NCBI GenBank assembly: GCA_003155175.1
Contig: PMFP01000085.1
Span: 21,403-62,279 of the forward strand
DNA: 40,877 nucleotides
Direction of reading: 5' to 3'
Source of the DNA: Vulcanimicrobiota bacterium
Lineage (GTDB): Bacteria; Vulcanimicrobiota; Vulcanimicrobiia; Vulcanimicrobiales; Vulcanimicrobiaceae
The notes under the pieces were generated by a model. The model was not told the origin of the DNA, ran no database searches, and saw nothing but the letters and a program-made list of their open reading frames with translations. Each line of letters opens with the position of its first letter. The stretch's first letter is position 1. Both the position numbers and the translations under genes were made by a program. Below are positions 18,895 to 26,551 of the stretch, in pieces.

Positions 18895-20231
18895 GCGGTC
18901 GCGGTTTCTGCGCGCGGGGATAGCGTCGCGAGCGCGATTCCGACTAAGAGAAACCACGGGCCGGCGACTTTCGGATAGAAAAAGACGTAATCCACGATTT
19001 GATGCAGAGCGAGCGCCAGCGAAGCGGCCAGTGCGGCCAAGACCCACGGCGATCCGGCTCGCGCCGATTTCCAGAACGTAATGCAAACGGAAGCGACGAA
19101 GCCGATCGTTGCCGCCGCAAGCAGCGGGCCGCCTTCGACGAGAGCCTGCAAGTACCAATTGTTGGCGTGCGTGCGCACGCCTGGGAGCCCGGCGTCGCCC
19201 AGCTCGAGTTCGAAGTTGCCGGCACCCACGCCGAAGAGCGGGTGCCGTCGCCAGAGCGTCCAGGCGGCGCGCCAGAGCTCGTCTCGCGTTCCCACGCCGC
19301 CCGCGTAGTCGGTCCCGTCGAGCGTGAAGCGGAAGATTGCCAGCGAGTGCGCCATTCCGACGGCGGCCGCGGCTCCCGCAACGCCTCCCGCGATCATCGG
19401 CCCGATCGCGGCCAGCGCCGCGCGGCCGCGGAAAGCAAGCAACACGGCCGCGACGATCGCGAGCGCGGCGATTCCCGCGCGCGAGATCGTCAGCACCGTC
19501 GCGAACGTGCAGACCGCCAGGGCGAGCGCATTCCAACGGGACGGACGCGCGACGATCCACGAGCCGAGGATTGCGACGGCGCTTTCAAAATAGGCGGCCA
19601 GTTGGTTGGGACCCTCGAGCGCTCCCGCGATGCGCGGGACGACCGTTGCCCCCACGTGAAGTCCGGACGGCGAGCCCACGAAGATCTGTACGATAGCGCC
19701 GGCGGCGACGGCGCTCGCGGACAGCCCGGCCGCGCCGAGCAGCACGACGTCGTCCGGATCGAGGCGGAACGCGACGAACGCCGCCGCGAGCAGCACGGCG
19801 TACTCCGCGTACTTCAGCGTTTCGGTGAGGGTCGCGATGCGATGCTGCGCGGGCAGCGCGGATACGGCCGTCAACGCGACGAGTGCCACCGCAGCCGCCA
19901 AGACGACGCGCCAAGGTCCGGTTCGCGGGAAAAAGCTGCTGCCGCGGAACGCCGTCAGCCCGACGATGACCCCCAGAAGCGCGACTTTCGGCAAGGTGAT
20001 CGCCGTCGAGAAAATCTCGCGACTGAGTGCGAACGGCTGGACGGCAAAGAGGAGCGCGAGGCCGATCGCCGGACGGCGCGCAGTCAACAGCGCGCACGCC
20101 GCGAAGAACGCGGTGAAGATCATCGCCGCAAGCGGATCGATCGGGATCGGCACGGGAAAGGCGTCTACGACCGGAAATCGCACTCCGTCGGGCTTCGCTT
20201 CCGGCAACTCGAAATCCAGGCGAGGATGCAA
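18876..20231 (-). CDS. O-antigen ligase / Wzy_C-domain membrane protein
   Basis: About 450 aa and polytopic. The periplasmic-loop signature GVRTHANNWYLQALVEGGPLL is typical of the Wzy_C/O-antigen-ligase family. The start is uncertain (TTG at 20231, or the ATG at 20123 giving MIFTAFF...). Confidence 0.6.
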   Translation of the reverse strand: MHPRLDFELPEAKPDGVRFPVVDAFPVPIPIDPLAAMIFTAFFAACALLTARRPAIGLALLFAVQPFALSREIFSTAITLPKVALLGVIVGLTAFRGSSFFPRTGPWRVVLAAAVALVALTAVSALPAQHRIATLTETLKYAEYAVLLAAAFVAFRLDPDDVVLLGAAGLSASAVAAGAIVQIFVGSPSGLHVGATVVPRIAGALEGPNQLAAYFESAVAILGSWIVARPSRWNALALAVCTFATVLTISRAGIAALAIVAAVLLAFRGRAALAAIGPMIAGGVAGAAAAVGMAHSLAIFRFTLDGTDYAGGVGTRDELWRAAWTLWRRHPLFGVGAGNFELELGDAGLPGVRTHANNWYLQALVEGGPLLAAATIGFVASVCITFWKSARAGSPWVLAALAASLALALHQIVDYVFFYPKVAGPWFLLVGIALATLSPRAETATACAPSP

Positions 20232-20314
20232 AAGATCGAGATGCGCCGCACGATGCGACGTCGTCGTCCGATGCGCCGGCCGCGCGCGGAGGACGCCCGG
20301 CTAAGCGGCTCTTG

Positions 20315-21328
20315 TCATCTCGAAGACGCTCCGGTCGAGAAGCGTCCGCCGGTTCTTGCGACGGTCTGAACGCCGGGCGAACGTTCGATCTCGCTCACGA
20401 GATAGAGCGGGCGCCCTTTGACTTCGTCGTAAATGCGACCGATGTACTCGCCTAAGATCCCTAGGCCGATGAGCTGAACTCCGCCGAGGAAGAGCACGGC
20501 GACGATCGTCGAGGCCCAGCCGCGCGTGTAGCCCGGCGGGTTGAGACTAAAAAGCTTGTAGCCGATTACGATCGCCGCGTAGACGAACGCGACCAAACTC
20601 GACGCGAAGCCGAGGTAGGAGACGAAGCGCAACGGCACGTCGGAAAACGACGTGATTCCGTCGATCGCAAACCGCATCATCTTGGTTAAAGGGTACTTCG
20701 TCTGTCCGCTCAGGCGCTCGTCGCGATCGTACTGGACGCCGGTCTGGTTGTAGCCGACCCAAGAAACCATGCCCCGCAAGAACCGATGGTGCTCGCGCGA
20801 ACGCTTGAGCGCTTCGACGACGCGGCGGCTCATCAGGCGGAAGTCGCCGGTGTCCACCGGTATCGCAACTCGGGTCAAACGTTTGATCGCGCGATAGAAG
20901 AAACGCGCGGTAAGGACTTTGAACGCGCTCTCGCCCTTTCGCGAACGGCGGACGGCGTACACCACGTCGTAGCCTTCGCGCCACTTGGCAACGAACTGCA
21001 CGATGAGCTCGGGAGGGTCTTGAAGGTCGCCGTCCATCAGGACGATCGCGTCGCCCTGCGCGATGTCCATGCCGGCCGTCGCGGCGAGTTGGTGTCCGAA
21101 GTTACGCGAGAGATTCACGAGGACGACGTTCGGCACCCGGTGCATCAACTCGCGGATCGCCGCCAAGGTCCCGTCGGTGCTGCCGTCGTTGACGAGGACG
21201 ATCTCGTGCGTCATCGGTGCGAGCGAGCGGGCGACGGCTTCGATACGCTCGACGAGCGGCGCGACGCTGCCCTCCTCGTTGTAGAGGGGAACGACGATGC
21301 TCAGAACCGGCGCGGCTGTTTCGCTCAC
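20315..21328 (-). CDS. GT2 polyprenyl-phosphate glycosyltransferase (GtrB/ArnC/DPM1-like)
   Basis: 337 aa from the GTG at 21328 (VSETAAPVLSIVVPLYNEE...). It shows VNDGSTDGT, the DxD motif MDGDLQDPPE and two C-terminal TM helices. The upstream part of the track ORF is the reverse-strand image of a tandem repeat and is rejected. Confidence 0.85.
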   Translation of the reverse strand: MSETAAPVLSIVVPLYNEEGSVAPLVERIEAVARSLAPMTHEIVLVNDGSTDGTLAAIRELMHRVPNVVLVNLSRNFGHQLAATAGMDIAQGDAIVLMDGDLQDPPELIVQFVAKWREGYDVVYAVRRSRKGESAFKVLTARFFYRAIKRLTRVAIPVDTGDFRLMSRRVVEALKRSREHHRFLRGMVSWVGYNQTGVQYDRDERLSGQTKYPLTKMMRFAIDGITSFSDVPLRFVSYLGFASSLVAFVYAAIVIGYKLFSLNPPGYTRGWASTIVAVLFLGGVQLIGLGILGEYIGRIYDEVKGRPLYLVSEIERSPGVQTVARTGGRFSTGASSR

Positions 21329-21412
21329 CGCACGCGGTTTCGACGCCGTGGGGTGTCGCGCTTCTTGCCGAGGGCAGAGAATTGCGCCGTCCGCAGCGAA
21401 ATCTCCACGCCG
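21329..21412. promoter_or_regulatory. divergent intergenic region (GT2 operon leftward, lipoprotein gene rightward)
   Basis: Inferred from geometry only: this is an 84-bp gap between two divergently oriented start codons. I could not identify convincing -35/-10 boxes. Confidence 0.3.
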
Positions 21413-22021
21413 ATGACGTTCCGATCCCCATCCATCGTCCCCGCCCTTTTCACCGTCGCGTTGCTCGTCTCGAGCAGCGCCTGCTCGGCACCCTCGTCGT
21501 CCAGCACCGCCGCAAGCGCGTCGCCGTCGCCGTTCGGTTCGGCGGCGCAGGCGCCGGTCGCGTCCGCATCGCCCGCGGCAACGGCGTCCTCCGCATCGCC
21601 CGCGGCCACGGCGTCCTCCGCATCGCCCGCTGCCACGGCGTCCTCCGCATCGCAAATGGGCGCTCCGTCATCGGGAACGCCGAAGCCGCCACCCGCGAAG
21701 ACCGCGCTTCCGACGTCGCCGCGCGTCGCTGCCGATGCGCCGCCCGCGATTATCTCGATGGACATCGCGCCCGGGACGGCGCTGAGCGGAGGCGAGTTGG
21801 CATCCGGTACGGTGCTGACGAGTTCGAACGTGGCGGCCGTGCAAGTTCGCGTCGCGAACTTCGGCCTTTCGATGCAGAAGACCGGCGTCGGCCGGTTCGA
21901 GACGTCGTATCGAGTTCCGTCGCTCCCCTTCATGTTCCGCGGATCCTACACGCTTCACGTCATCGCGATCAACTCGCGCGGCGATGCAACCGAGCGCGAC
22001 ATCGGCATCACGATTCGATAA
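21413..22021 (+). CDS. putative lipoprotein with an Ala/Ser/Pro/Thr repeat linker and a C-terminal beta-rich (Ig-like?) domain
   Basis: ATG at 21413 gives MTFRSPSIVPALFTVALLVSSSACSAP, a signal peptide with a Cys. A low-complexity linker containing 3 x ASPAATASS follows, then a roughly 95-aa globular tail. The ORF is in frame with track ORF 20786..22021. I recognise no family. Confidence 0.55.
   Translation: MTFRSPSIVPALFTVALLVSSSACSAPSSSSTAASASPSPFGSAAQAPVASASPAATASSASPAATASSASPAATASSASQMGAPSSGTPKPPPAKTALPTSPRVAADAPPAIISMDIAPGTALSGGELASGTVLTSSNVAAVQVRVANFGLSMQKTGVGRFETSYRVPSLPFMFRGSYTLHVIAINSRGDATERDIGITIR
21566..21653 (+). repeat. 27-bp direct tandem repeat, 3 full copies plus a 7-bp partial
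   Basis: The units are gcatcgcccgcggcaacggcgtcctcc (21566-21592), gcatcgcccgcggccacggcgtcctcc (21593-21619) and gcatcgcccgctgccacggcgtcctcc (21620-21646), followed by gcatcgc. All differences between units are synonymous. Confidence 0.9.
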
Positions 22022-22033
22022 AAATCTATCCCG

Positions 22034-22852
22034 CTACGGATGCGGCGTCGGGAAGCCGGGCGGAAGGTTCGGGAACGGAGCCGGATTGTAGGGCGTCGGC
22101 AGCGTGAAGGGTTGCGAGATGTTTCCGCCCGAGGCTTGATCCGTCCACAAGTAGACCGTGTCGCTGACCGAACGCGCATCCGCATCGGTGATGCTGATCT
22201 CGCGCGGGGGCCGGCTGAGTCCGTTCTCGCCGCGCTCGAGCGTCTGCGAGGATCCACGCGTATAGAGGTAGAGAAAGTCCGTCCCCGAGTTCAGGCGGCG
22301 CGTCACGCGAAAGTGCAAGGCGTCTATGCGATCCATCGCGATGGCCTGCGGGTTCCATCCGCTGGCGTCCGTCATGATGTAAACGTTCGCATTGGGCGGC
22401 GTTCCCGGCGGAACCTCGACGGTGAACTGCACGAGAACCGGCCGGCCGGTCACGCGGATCGGGATATGGTGCGTCGTCTCCGCCTGCTGGCCGAGTTCGG
22501 GATTGGGAATCGGACTCGAGAGCGCGACGGCGTACTTTCGCGCCAGCGCGTAGTCGTCTTCCGCGGGCAGGATCTTGCGCGAGAGGTCGAGTTCGGTGAC
22601 GTCGCCCTGCGCGTCGAACACGGCGCGCGCCCAGAGCCGGGGCCGCGGCTGTAACGTCGTCGGGCCGCCGCTCGCATCGTGAATCGCCACGTTGGGCGAT
22701 ACGCGGAATCCGTCGCCGGTCGTGAAGAAGACGAAGCCGTCCTGATACGAGAGCAACTGCCCCGTGATGCGAACCTCGCCGGCGGCGCCGACCAGCGCCA
22801 GCGCGAGGGCGATGCCGAGCGCGGCGGCTGCGCGCGAAATCTTCCCCCTCAT
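22034..22852 (-). CDS. secreted protein of unknown function; the C-terminal half looks like a CBM20/CBM48/E-set-type beta-sandwich
   Basis: 272 aa. The signal peptide is MRGKISRAAAALGIALALALVGAAG. The segment VLVQFTVEVPPGTPPNANVYIMTDASGWNPQAIAMDRIDALHFRVTRRLNSGTDFLYLYT has the spacing pattern of carbohydrate-binding beta-sandwich modules. The tail is Pro-rich. The start forms an ATGA overlap with the stop of the upstream LptD-like gene. Confidence 0.55.
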   Translation of the reverse strand: MRGKISRAAAALGIALALALVGAAGEVRITGQLLSYQDGFVFFTTGDGFRVSPNVAIHDASGGPTTLQPRPRLWARAVFDAQGDVTELDLSRKILPAEDDYALARKYAVALSSPIPNPELGQQAETTHHIPIRVTGRPVLVQFTVEVPPGTPPNANVYIMTDASGWNPQAIAMDRIDALHFRVTRRLNSGTDFLYLYTRGSSQTLERGENGLSRPPREISITDADARSVSDTVYLWTDQASGGNISQPFTLPTPYNPAPFPNLPPGFPTPHP

Positions 22853-24612
22853 TGCGTCACTTGGAGAATGAAGTTCGGACTCCAGCGCAAGTTTCCGAAA
22901 TTAAAGTAGTAGGTTCGCTGCAAGTCCACGACGATGTGGGGGGCGACGCGCGCCCGCACTTCTCCGGTGATGTTGTACGGCGGCATACCGAGGAACGGCG
23001 TGTAGGTGTACTGGCCCAGCACGTTGAGCGGTGGAAGCGGGAAGAGGCCCGGAACGGCGATCGGGAAGTCGCGGCGCTGCTGAGCCGTGACGATGAACAA
23101 GAGGTCGGGGTCCGGAATGTAGTTGAGTCCGAGCGTGTACGCGCGGTAGGTCGCGGTACCGCGGAACGAGCTGAAGCTGGAGAACGGCGAATTGGGCGTG
23201 GAGGGAACGTAGGGCGAGTACCCGCCGTGAATATAGAGGTCGGCGACGTTGGTGTTCGTGTAAGCGAAGTACGAGCTGAACTTGCGCGAGAACGTTCGGC
23301 TCAGGCTTCCGCCGACGGCGGTTACGTCCTGATAGTGAGGGACCGTAAACCACTCGCGCTGTTTGTCCAGCGACGCGTTGAAGTAGTACGTCTTGTTCGG
23401 GTCGTAGTGGTCGCCCAACTTGATTCCGGGCGTCGACACGTTGAAGCCGACCAAGTGGTTCCAAATCGTGCTGTAGACCGTTCCTCCGTATTCCTGCAGC
23501 CCGCCGGGGACCTGGCTTCCGACCGAGTCGTGGTTGAATCCATATCCGAGCCTAACCTGAAACGTCAGCGGCAGGTGTTTGATTTTGTGAGGAGAGGACA
23601 CCCAGCTCAGTTCCAGCGACGTCGGATGGTTGAGCGACCCGGTGCCTTGCCCGGGCCCCAGCATGTTGTAGTCGGTGAAATTTCCCGTCGCGACGAGGTA
23701 CGATTGAGGCAGCGCTTGAGTCGCCGTGACGAACGTCGACTGTGCGGAGGCCGTCGGCAGCGTCAGGCCGCTCTGGTAGGTGTAGAGCTGCGAGAACGTT
23801 TGGATTTGAAAGCGGGAGTTCGGCTGTTCGGACGCCACCAGGTTCCACCACTTGGCTTTGGTCGTGAACGGATTGACCGAAAAAACCGCATAGCCTTGAT
23901 TCCACGCGACGTGCTGCTCGAACGAGAGATAGGCTTTGTTGATCGTGTCGTACCGTGCGTGCAGGGCCGAGATCGCGTTGTCGCTGCCGGCAAAGTTCCA
24001 CGTGACGTCGACCGTGGCGCCCGTGAGAGAGTTGATTCCCAGATTCGGATTGGACGAAAAATTTAAGTAAAACGTCGGCAACGGGAGTTTGAAACCGAAC
24101 GTGTCGACGATGGGCCCGGAAAACTTCACGAACGATTTAGTGCTGATCGTGGCGTTGTGGGCGACGATGTTGGGGCGCACGCCGCCCGTATCCGGAAAGA
24201 AAAAGACGTCCCCCGGCATCTCGCGTCCTTTGAGCGGATGCGCGAAGTCGGTTCCCAAATACGTCCATCGGTCCGGAGCGGTCGTGACCGGCACGACGTA
24301 CTCGCGGTCGAAGTCGACGTAGTCGGAGAAGGCGGCGGCGGAGAGGGCGCCGGTCGGTCCCGTCACGTGCACGTGGCCCGCAATGAGAAAGCGATTGAGT
24401 TTGAGGTCCATCGAAAAGGCGTCGCCGTCGATGGTCAGCCCGTCGCTGGTCGTCACGTGCACGCCGCCGTCGGCTTCGAGAAGAAAGCGATCGAAATAGA
24501 ACTCGACGCGGTCCGCGTGCAGGCGTATAAGCGTGCGAGCGTTTGCCGGCGCGGCGAGTAACGTGATGAGCAGAGTGATCGCAATCGTGAGTGCGGCTCT
24601 CGAAGCGCGCAT
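22849..24612 (-). CDS. LptD/OstA-like outer-membrane beta-barrel protein (candidate)
   Basis: 587 aa. The signal peptide ends in ...APANA. The N-terminal segment LHADRVEFYFDRFLLEADGGVHVTTSDGLTIDGDAFSMDLKLNRFLIAGHVHVTG matches the OstA/LptA beta-jellyroll pattern. The remaining roughly 450 aa are rich in Tyr/Phe/Asn/Thr/Ser with alternating hydrophobicity, typical of a large beta-barrel. Confidence 0.5.
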   Translation of the reverse strand: MRASRAALTIAITLLITLLAAPANARTLIRLHADRVEFYFDRFLLEADGGVHVTTSDGLTIDGDAFSMDLKLNRFLIAGHVHVTGPTGALSAAAFSDYVDFDREYVVPVTTAPDRWTYLGTDFAHPLKGREMPGDVFFFPDTGGVRPNIVAHNATISTKSFVKFSGPIVDTFGFKLPLPTFYLNFSSNPNLGINSLTGATVDVTWNFAGSDNAISALHARYDTINKAYLSFEQHVAWNQGYAVFSVNPFTTKAKWWNLVASEQPNSRFQIQTFSQLYTYQSGLTLPTASAQSTFVTATQALPQSYLVATGNFTDYNMLGPGQGTGSLNHPTSLELSWVSSPHKIKHLPLTFQVRLGYGFNHDSVGSQVPGGLQEYGGTVYSTIWNHLVGFNVSTPGIKLGDHYDPNKTYYFNASLDKQREWFTVPHYQDVTAVGGSLSRTFSRKFSSYFAYTNTNVADLYIHGGYSPYVPSTPNSPFSSFSSFRGTATYRAYTLGLNYIPDPDLLFIVTAQQRRDFPIAVPGLFPLPPLNVLGQYTYTPFLGMPPYNITGEVRARVAPHIVVDLQRTYYFNFGNLRWSPNFILQVTQ

Positions 24613-24709
24613 AACGTGAAACGTTTAACGCCGGGTGAACCGCCTTTTCCTGCGTTGCCGTGCTGAAGGCGCGACTACGCGAGAGTGAGAAAAGCTCGGC
24701 GGTATCGAC
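24613..24709. promoter_or_regulatory. divergent intergenic region (LptD-like operon leftward, deoB/glycan cluster rightward)
   Basis: A 97-bp gap between divergent start codons, so promoters for both transcription units must lie here. No motif could be assigned confidently. Confidence 0.3.
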
Positions 24710-25831
24710 ATGGCACGCTCTGTAACGATCGTACTGGACTCCGGAGGCGTTGGGGCGTTGCCCGATTTCGCGGCGTACGGCGATGCGCCCGGCGCGAATA
24801 CGATCGGGAACGTCGCGCGCTCCGTCGGCGGTCTCGCTCTGCCGAATTTTGCCCGTCTCGGACTGGGCGTTTTGTCCGACATCGAGGGCGTTGAGCCGAC
24901 CGCCCGGCCGCTTGCGCGTGTCGCGCGCTTGCGAGAGCGCAGCCGCGGAAAAGACACCATCACGGGGCACTGGGAGATGATGGACGTGATCACCGAGGTT
25001 CCGTTCCCGACCTTTCCGGACGGGTTCCCGCGGGAGGTTGTAGAGGCATTTACCGCGATCGCGGGACGTCCGCCGCTGGGAAATCGCCCGGCCTCGGGGA
25101 CCGAGATCATTGCCGAACTGGGGCCCGAGCACGTGGCAACCGGGCGACCCATCCTCTATACGTCGGCCGATTCGGTTTTCCAAGTTGCCGCCCACGAGGA
25201 GGTAGTTCCTCTGGAGACCTTGTACGAATGGTGCGAGAGGTCCCGAGAGATGCTGGTCTCGCCGAACAACGTCAACCGAGTTATCGCGCGGCCCTTCGCA
25301 GGGCGGCCGGGGAGCTTCGTAAGGACGCCGAACCGTCGCGATTACGCAATACCTCCTCCGCCGTGCATACTTGACGAGTTGGCCGCCGCGAACGTACCGG
25401 TCCACGCGATCGGCAAGATTTGCGACATCTACTGCGGGCATGGGATCGCCTCGTCGGTTCGCGCGGCCGACAACGACGAGGCGATGGAGAGGACGTTCGA
25501 TTTGCTGCAGCGGCTGGATGGCGGGTTCATCTTTACCAATTTGAACGACTTCGATTCGAAGTACGGTCATCGCCGAAACGTTCGCGGATACGCCGGTGCT
25601 CTCGAACGGCTCGACGCCTTGTTGCCTCGTCTTGAAGCCGCGCTTCGACCGGGCGACCAGCTGACGTTCACTGCGGACCACGGCTGCGATCCCACCGCTC
25701 CCGGCACCGATCACACGCGCGAGTACGTCCCCTTCCTCCATCTCCGCCCCGGTCAAAGCGGAGAGGATCTCGGAGTTCTTCAGGGGCTCGATATCGTGGG
25801 GCGTGTCGTTAAGGAGGCGTTCGCAGCCTGA
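24710..25831 (+). CDS. deoB: phosphopentomutase
   Basis: 373 aa. Shows TIVLDSGGVGALPD, ANTIGNV, the motif GKDTITGHWEMM and FTADHGCDP, as in the alkaline-phosphatase-superfamily DeoB. Confidence 0.85.
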   Translation: MARSVTIVLDSGGVGALPDFAAYGDAPGANTIGNVARSVGGLALPNFARLGLGVLSDIEGVEPTARPLARVARLRERSRGKDTITGHWEMMDVITEVPFPTFPDGFPREVVEAFTAIAGRPPLGNRPASGTEIIAELGPEHVATGRPILYTSADSVFQVAAHEEVVPLETLYEWCERSREMLVSPNNVNRVIARPFAGRPGSFVRTPNRRDYAIPPPPCILDELAAANVPVHAIGKICDIYCGHGIASSVRAADNDEAMERTFDLLQRLDGGFIFTNLNDFDSKYGHRRNVRGYAGALERLDALLPRLEAALRPGDQLTFTADHGCDPTAPGTDHTREYVPFLHLRPGQSGEDLGVLQGLDIVGRVVKEAFAA

Positions 25832-26475
25832 TGCAGCTGGCGATTTCTCCCGCCGCGGAGCGTGAAGTGCCGGCAGCGTGGAAGACGGCCAAGCGCGCGA
25901 TCGACGTCGGACTCGGATCCTGCCTCCTGGTTCTAGCCTCGCCCATCGTGGCGATCGCGGCCATCGGGATCGTCTGCGTCACGGGGGGCTCGCCTTGGTT
26001 CGCGCAAGAGCGCGTCGGCATGGACGGCCGTCGCTTTAGAATGTACAAACTGCGCACCATGGTCCGTGGAGCGGAAGAGATGCGCGACGAGCTCTTGCAC
26101 CTCAATGAAATCGCCGGCCCCGTCTTTAAGATTCGCAACGACCCGCGGCTTCATCCACTCGGGGGCTTGCTTCGCAGAACCAGTATCGACGAATTACCGA
26201 ACCTGATTAACGTCGTAGCGGGGCACATGTCGCTGGTCGGGCCGCGGCCGGCCCTGCCCTGCGAAGTCGCGACCTACGATTCGCTGGCCATGCGGCGCCT
26301 GACCGTTCCTCAGGGCGTGACCTGCACCTGGCAGATCAGCGGGCGCAGCCGAGTTTCGTTTGACGAGTGGATGCGCCTGGATAACGAGTACGTCGACACG
26401 TGGAATCCGCTCGGCGATCTCGCCATCATTGCAAAAACCATTCCGGCGGTCATTCGCAGGCGCGGCGCTCATTAG
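25831..26475 (+). CDS. small monotopic phosphoglycosyl transferase (bacterial sugar transferase family, WbaP/PglC-like)
   Basis: 214 aa. It has an N-terminal re-entrant helix (AKRAIDVGLGSCLLVLASPIVAIAAIGI), then RFRMYKLRTM, GPVFKIRNDPR and DELPNLINVVAGHMSLVGPRP. The ATG overlaps the deoB stop (TGATG). Confidence 0.9.
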   Translation: MQLAISPAAEREVPAAWKTAKRAIDVGLGSCLLVLASPIVAIAAIGIVCVTGGSPWFAQERVGMDGRRFRMYKLRTMVRGAEEMRDELLHLNEIAGPVFKIRNDPRLHPLGGLLRRTSIDELPNLINVVAGHMSLVGPRPALPCEVATYDSLAMRRLTVPQGVTCTWQISGRSRVSFDEWMRLDNEYVDTWNPLGDLAIIAKTIPAVIRRRGAH

Positions 26476-26551
26476 GCCGCATCTGCGCGTCGTTCCGCTC
26501 GAGGGGGCGCCGCGACCACGACTCTCACTGGCCTCTTCGACGTTATTCGTC

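Noticed and set aside
21566-21653. Possible CRISPR array
   Set aside because: The repeats are directly adjacent with no spacers. They are in frame within a coding region and there are only three copies. This is a coding tandem repeat, not a CRISPR array.
21329-21655. Upstream extension of the GT2 ORF with repeated RCGGRRG segments
   Set aside because: This is the reverse-strand reading of the 27-bp tandem repeat that belongs to the plus-strand lipoprotein gene. The GT2 domain starts at the GTG at 21328.
24137-25756. 539-aa minus-strand ORF
   Set aside because: It is antisense to deoB and to the 5' end of the LptD-like gene region. Its composition is Arg-rich and it has no motifs.
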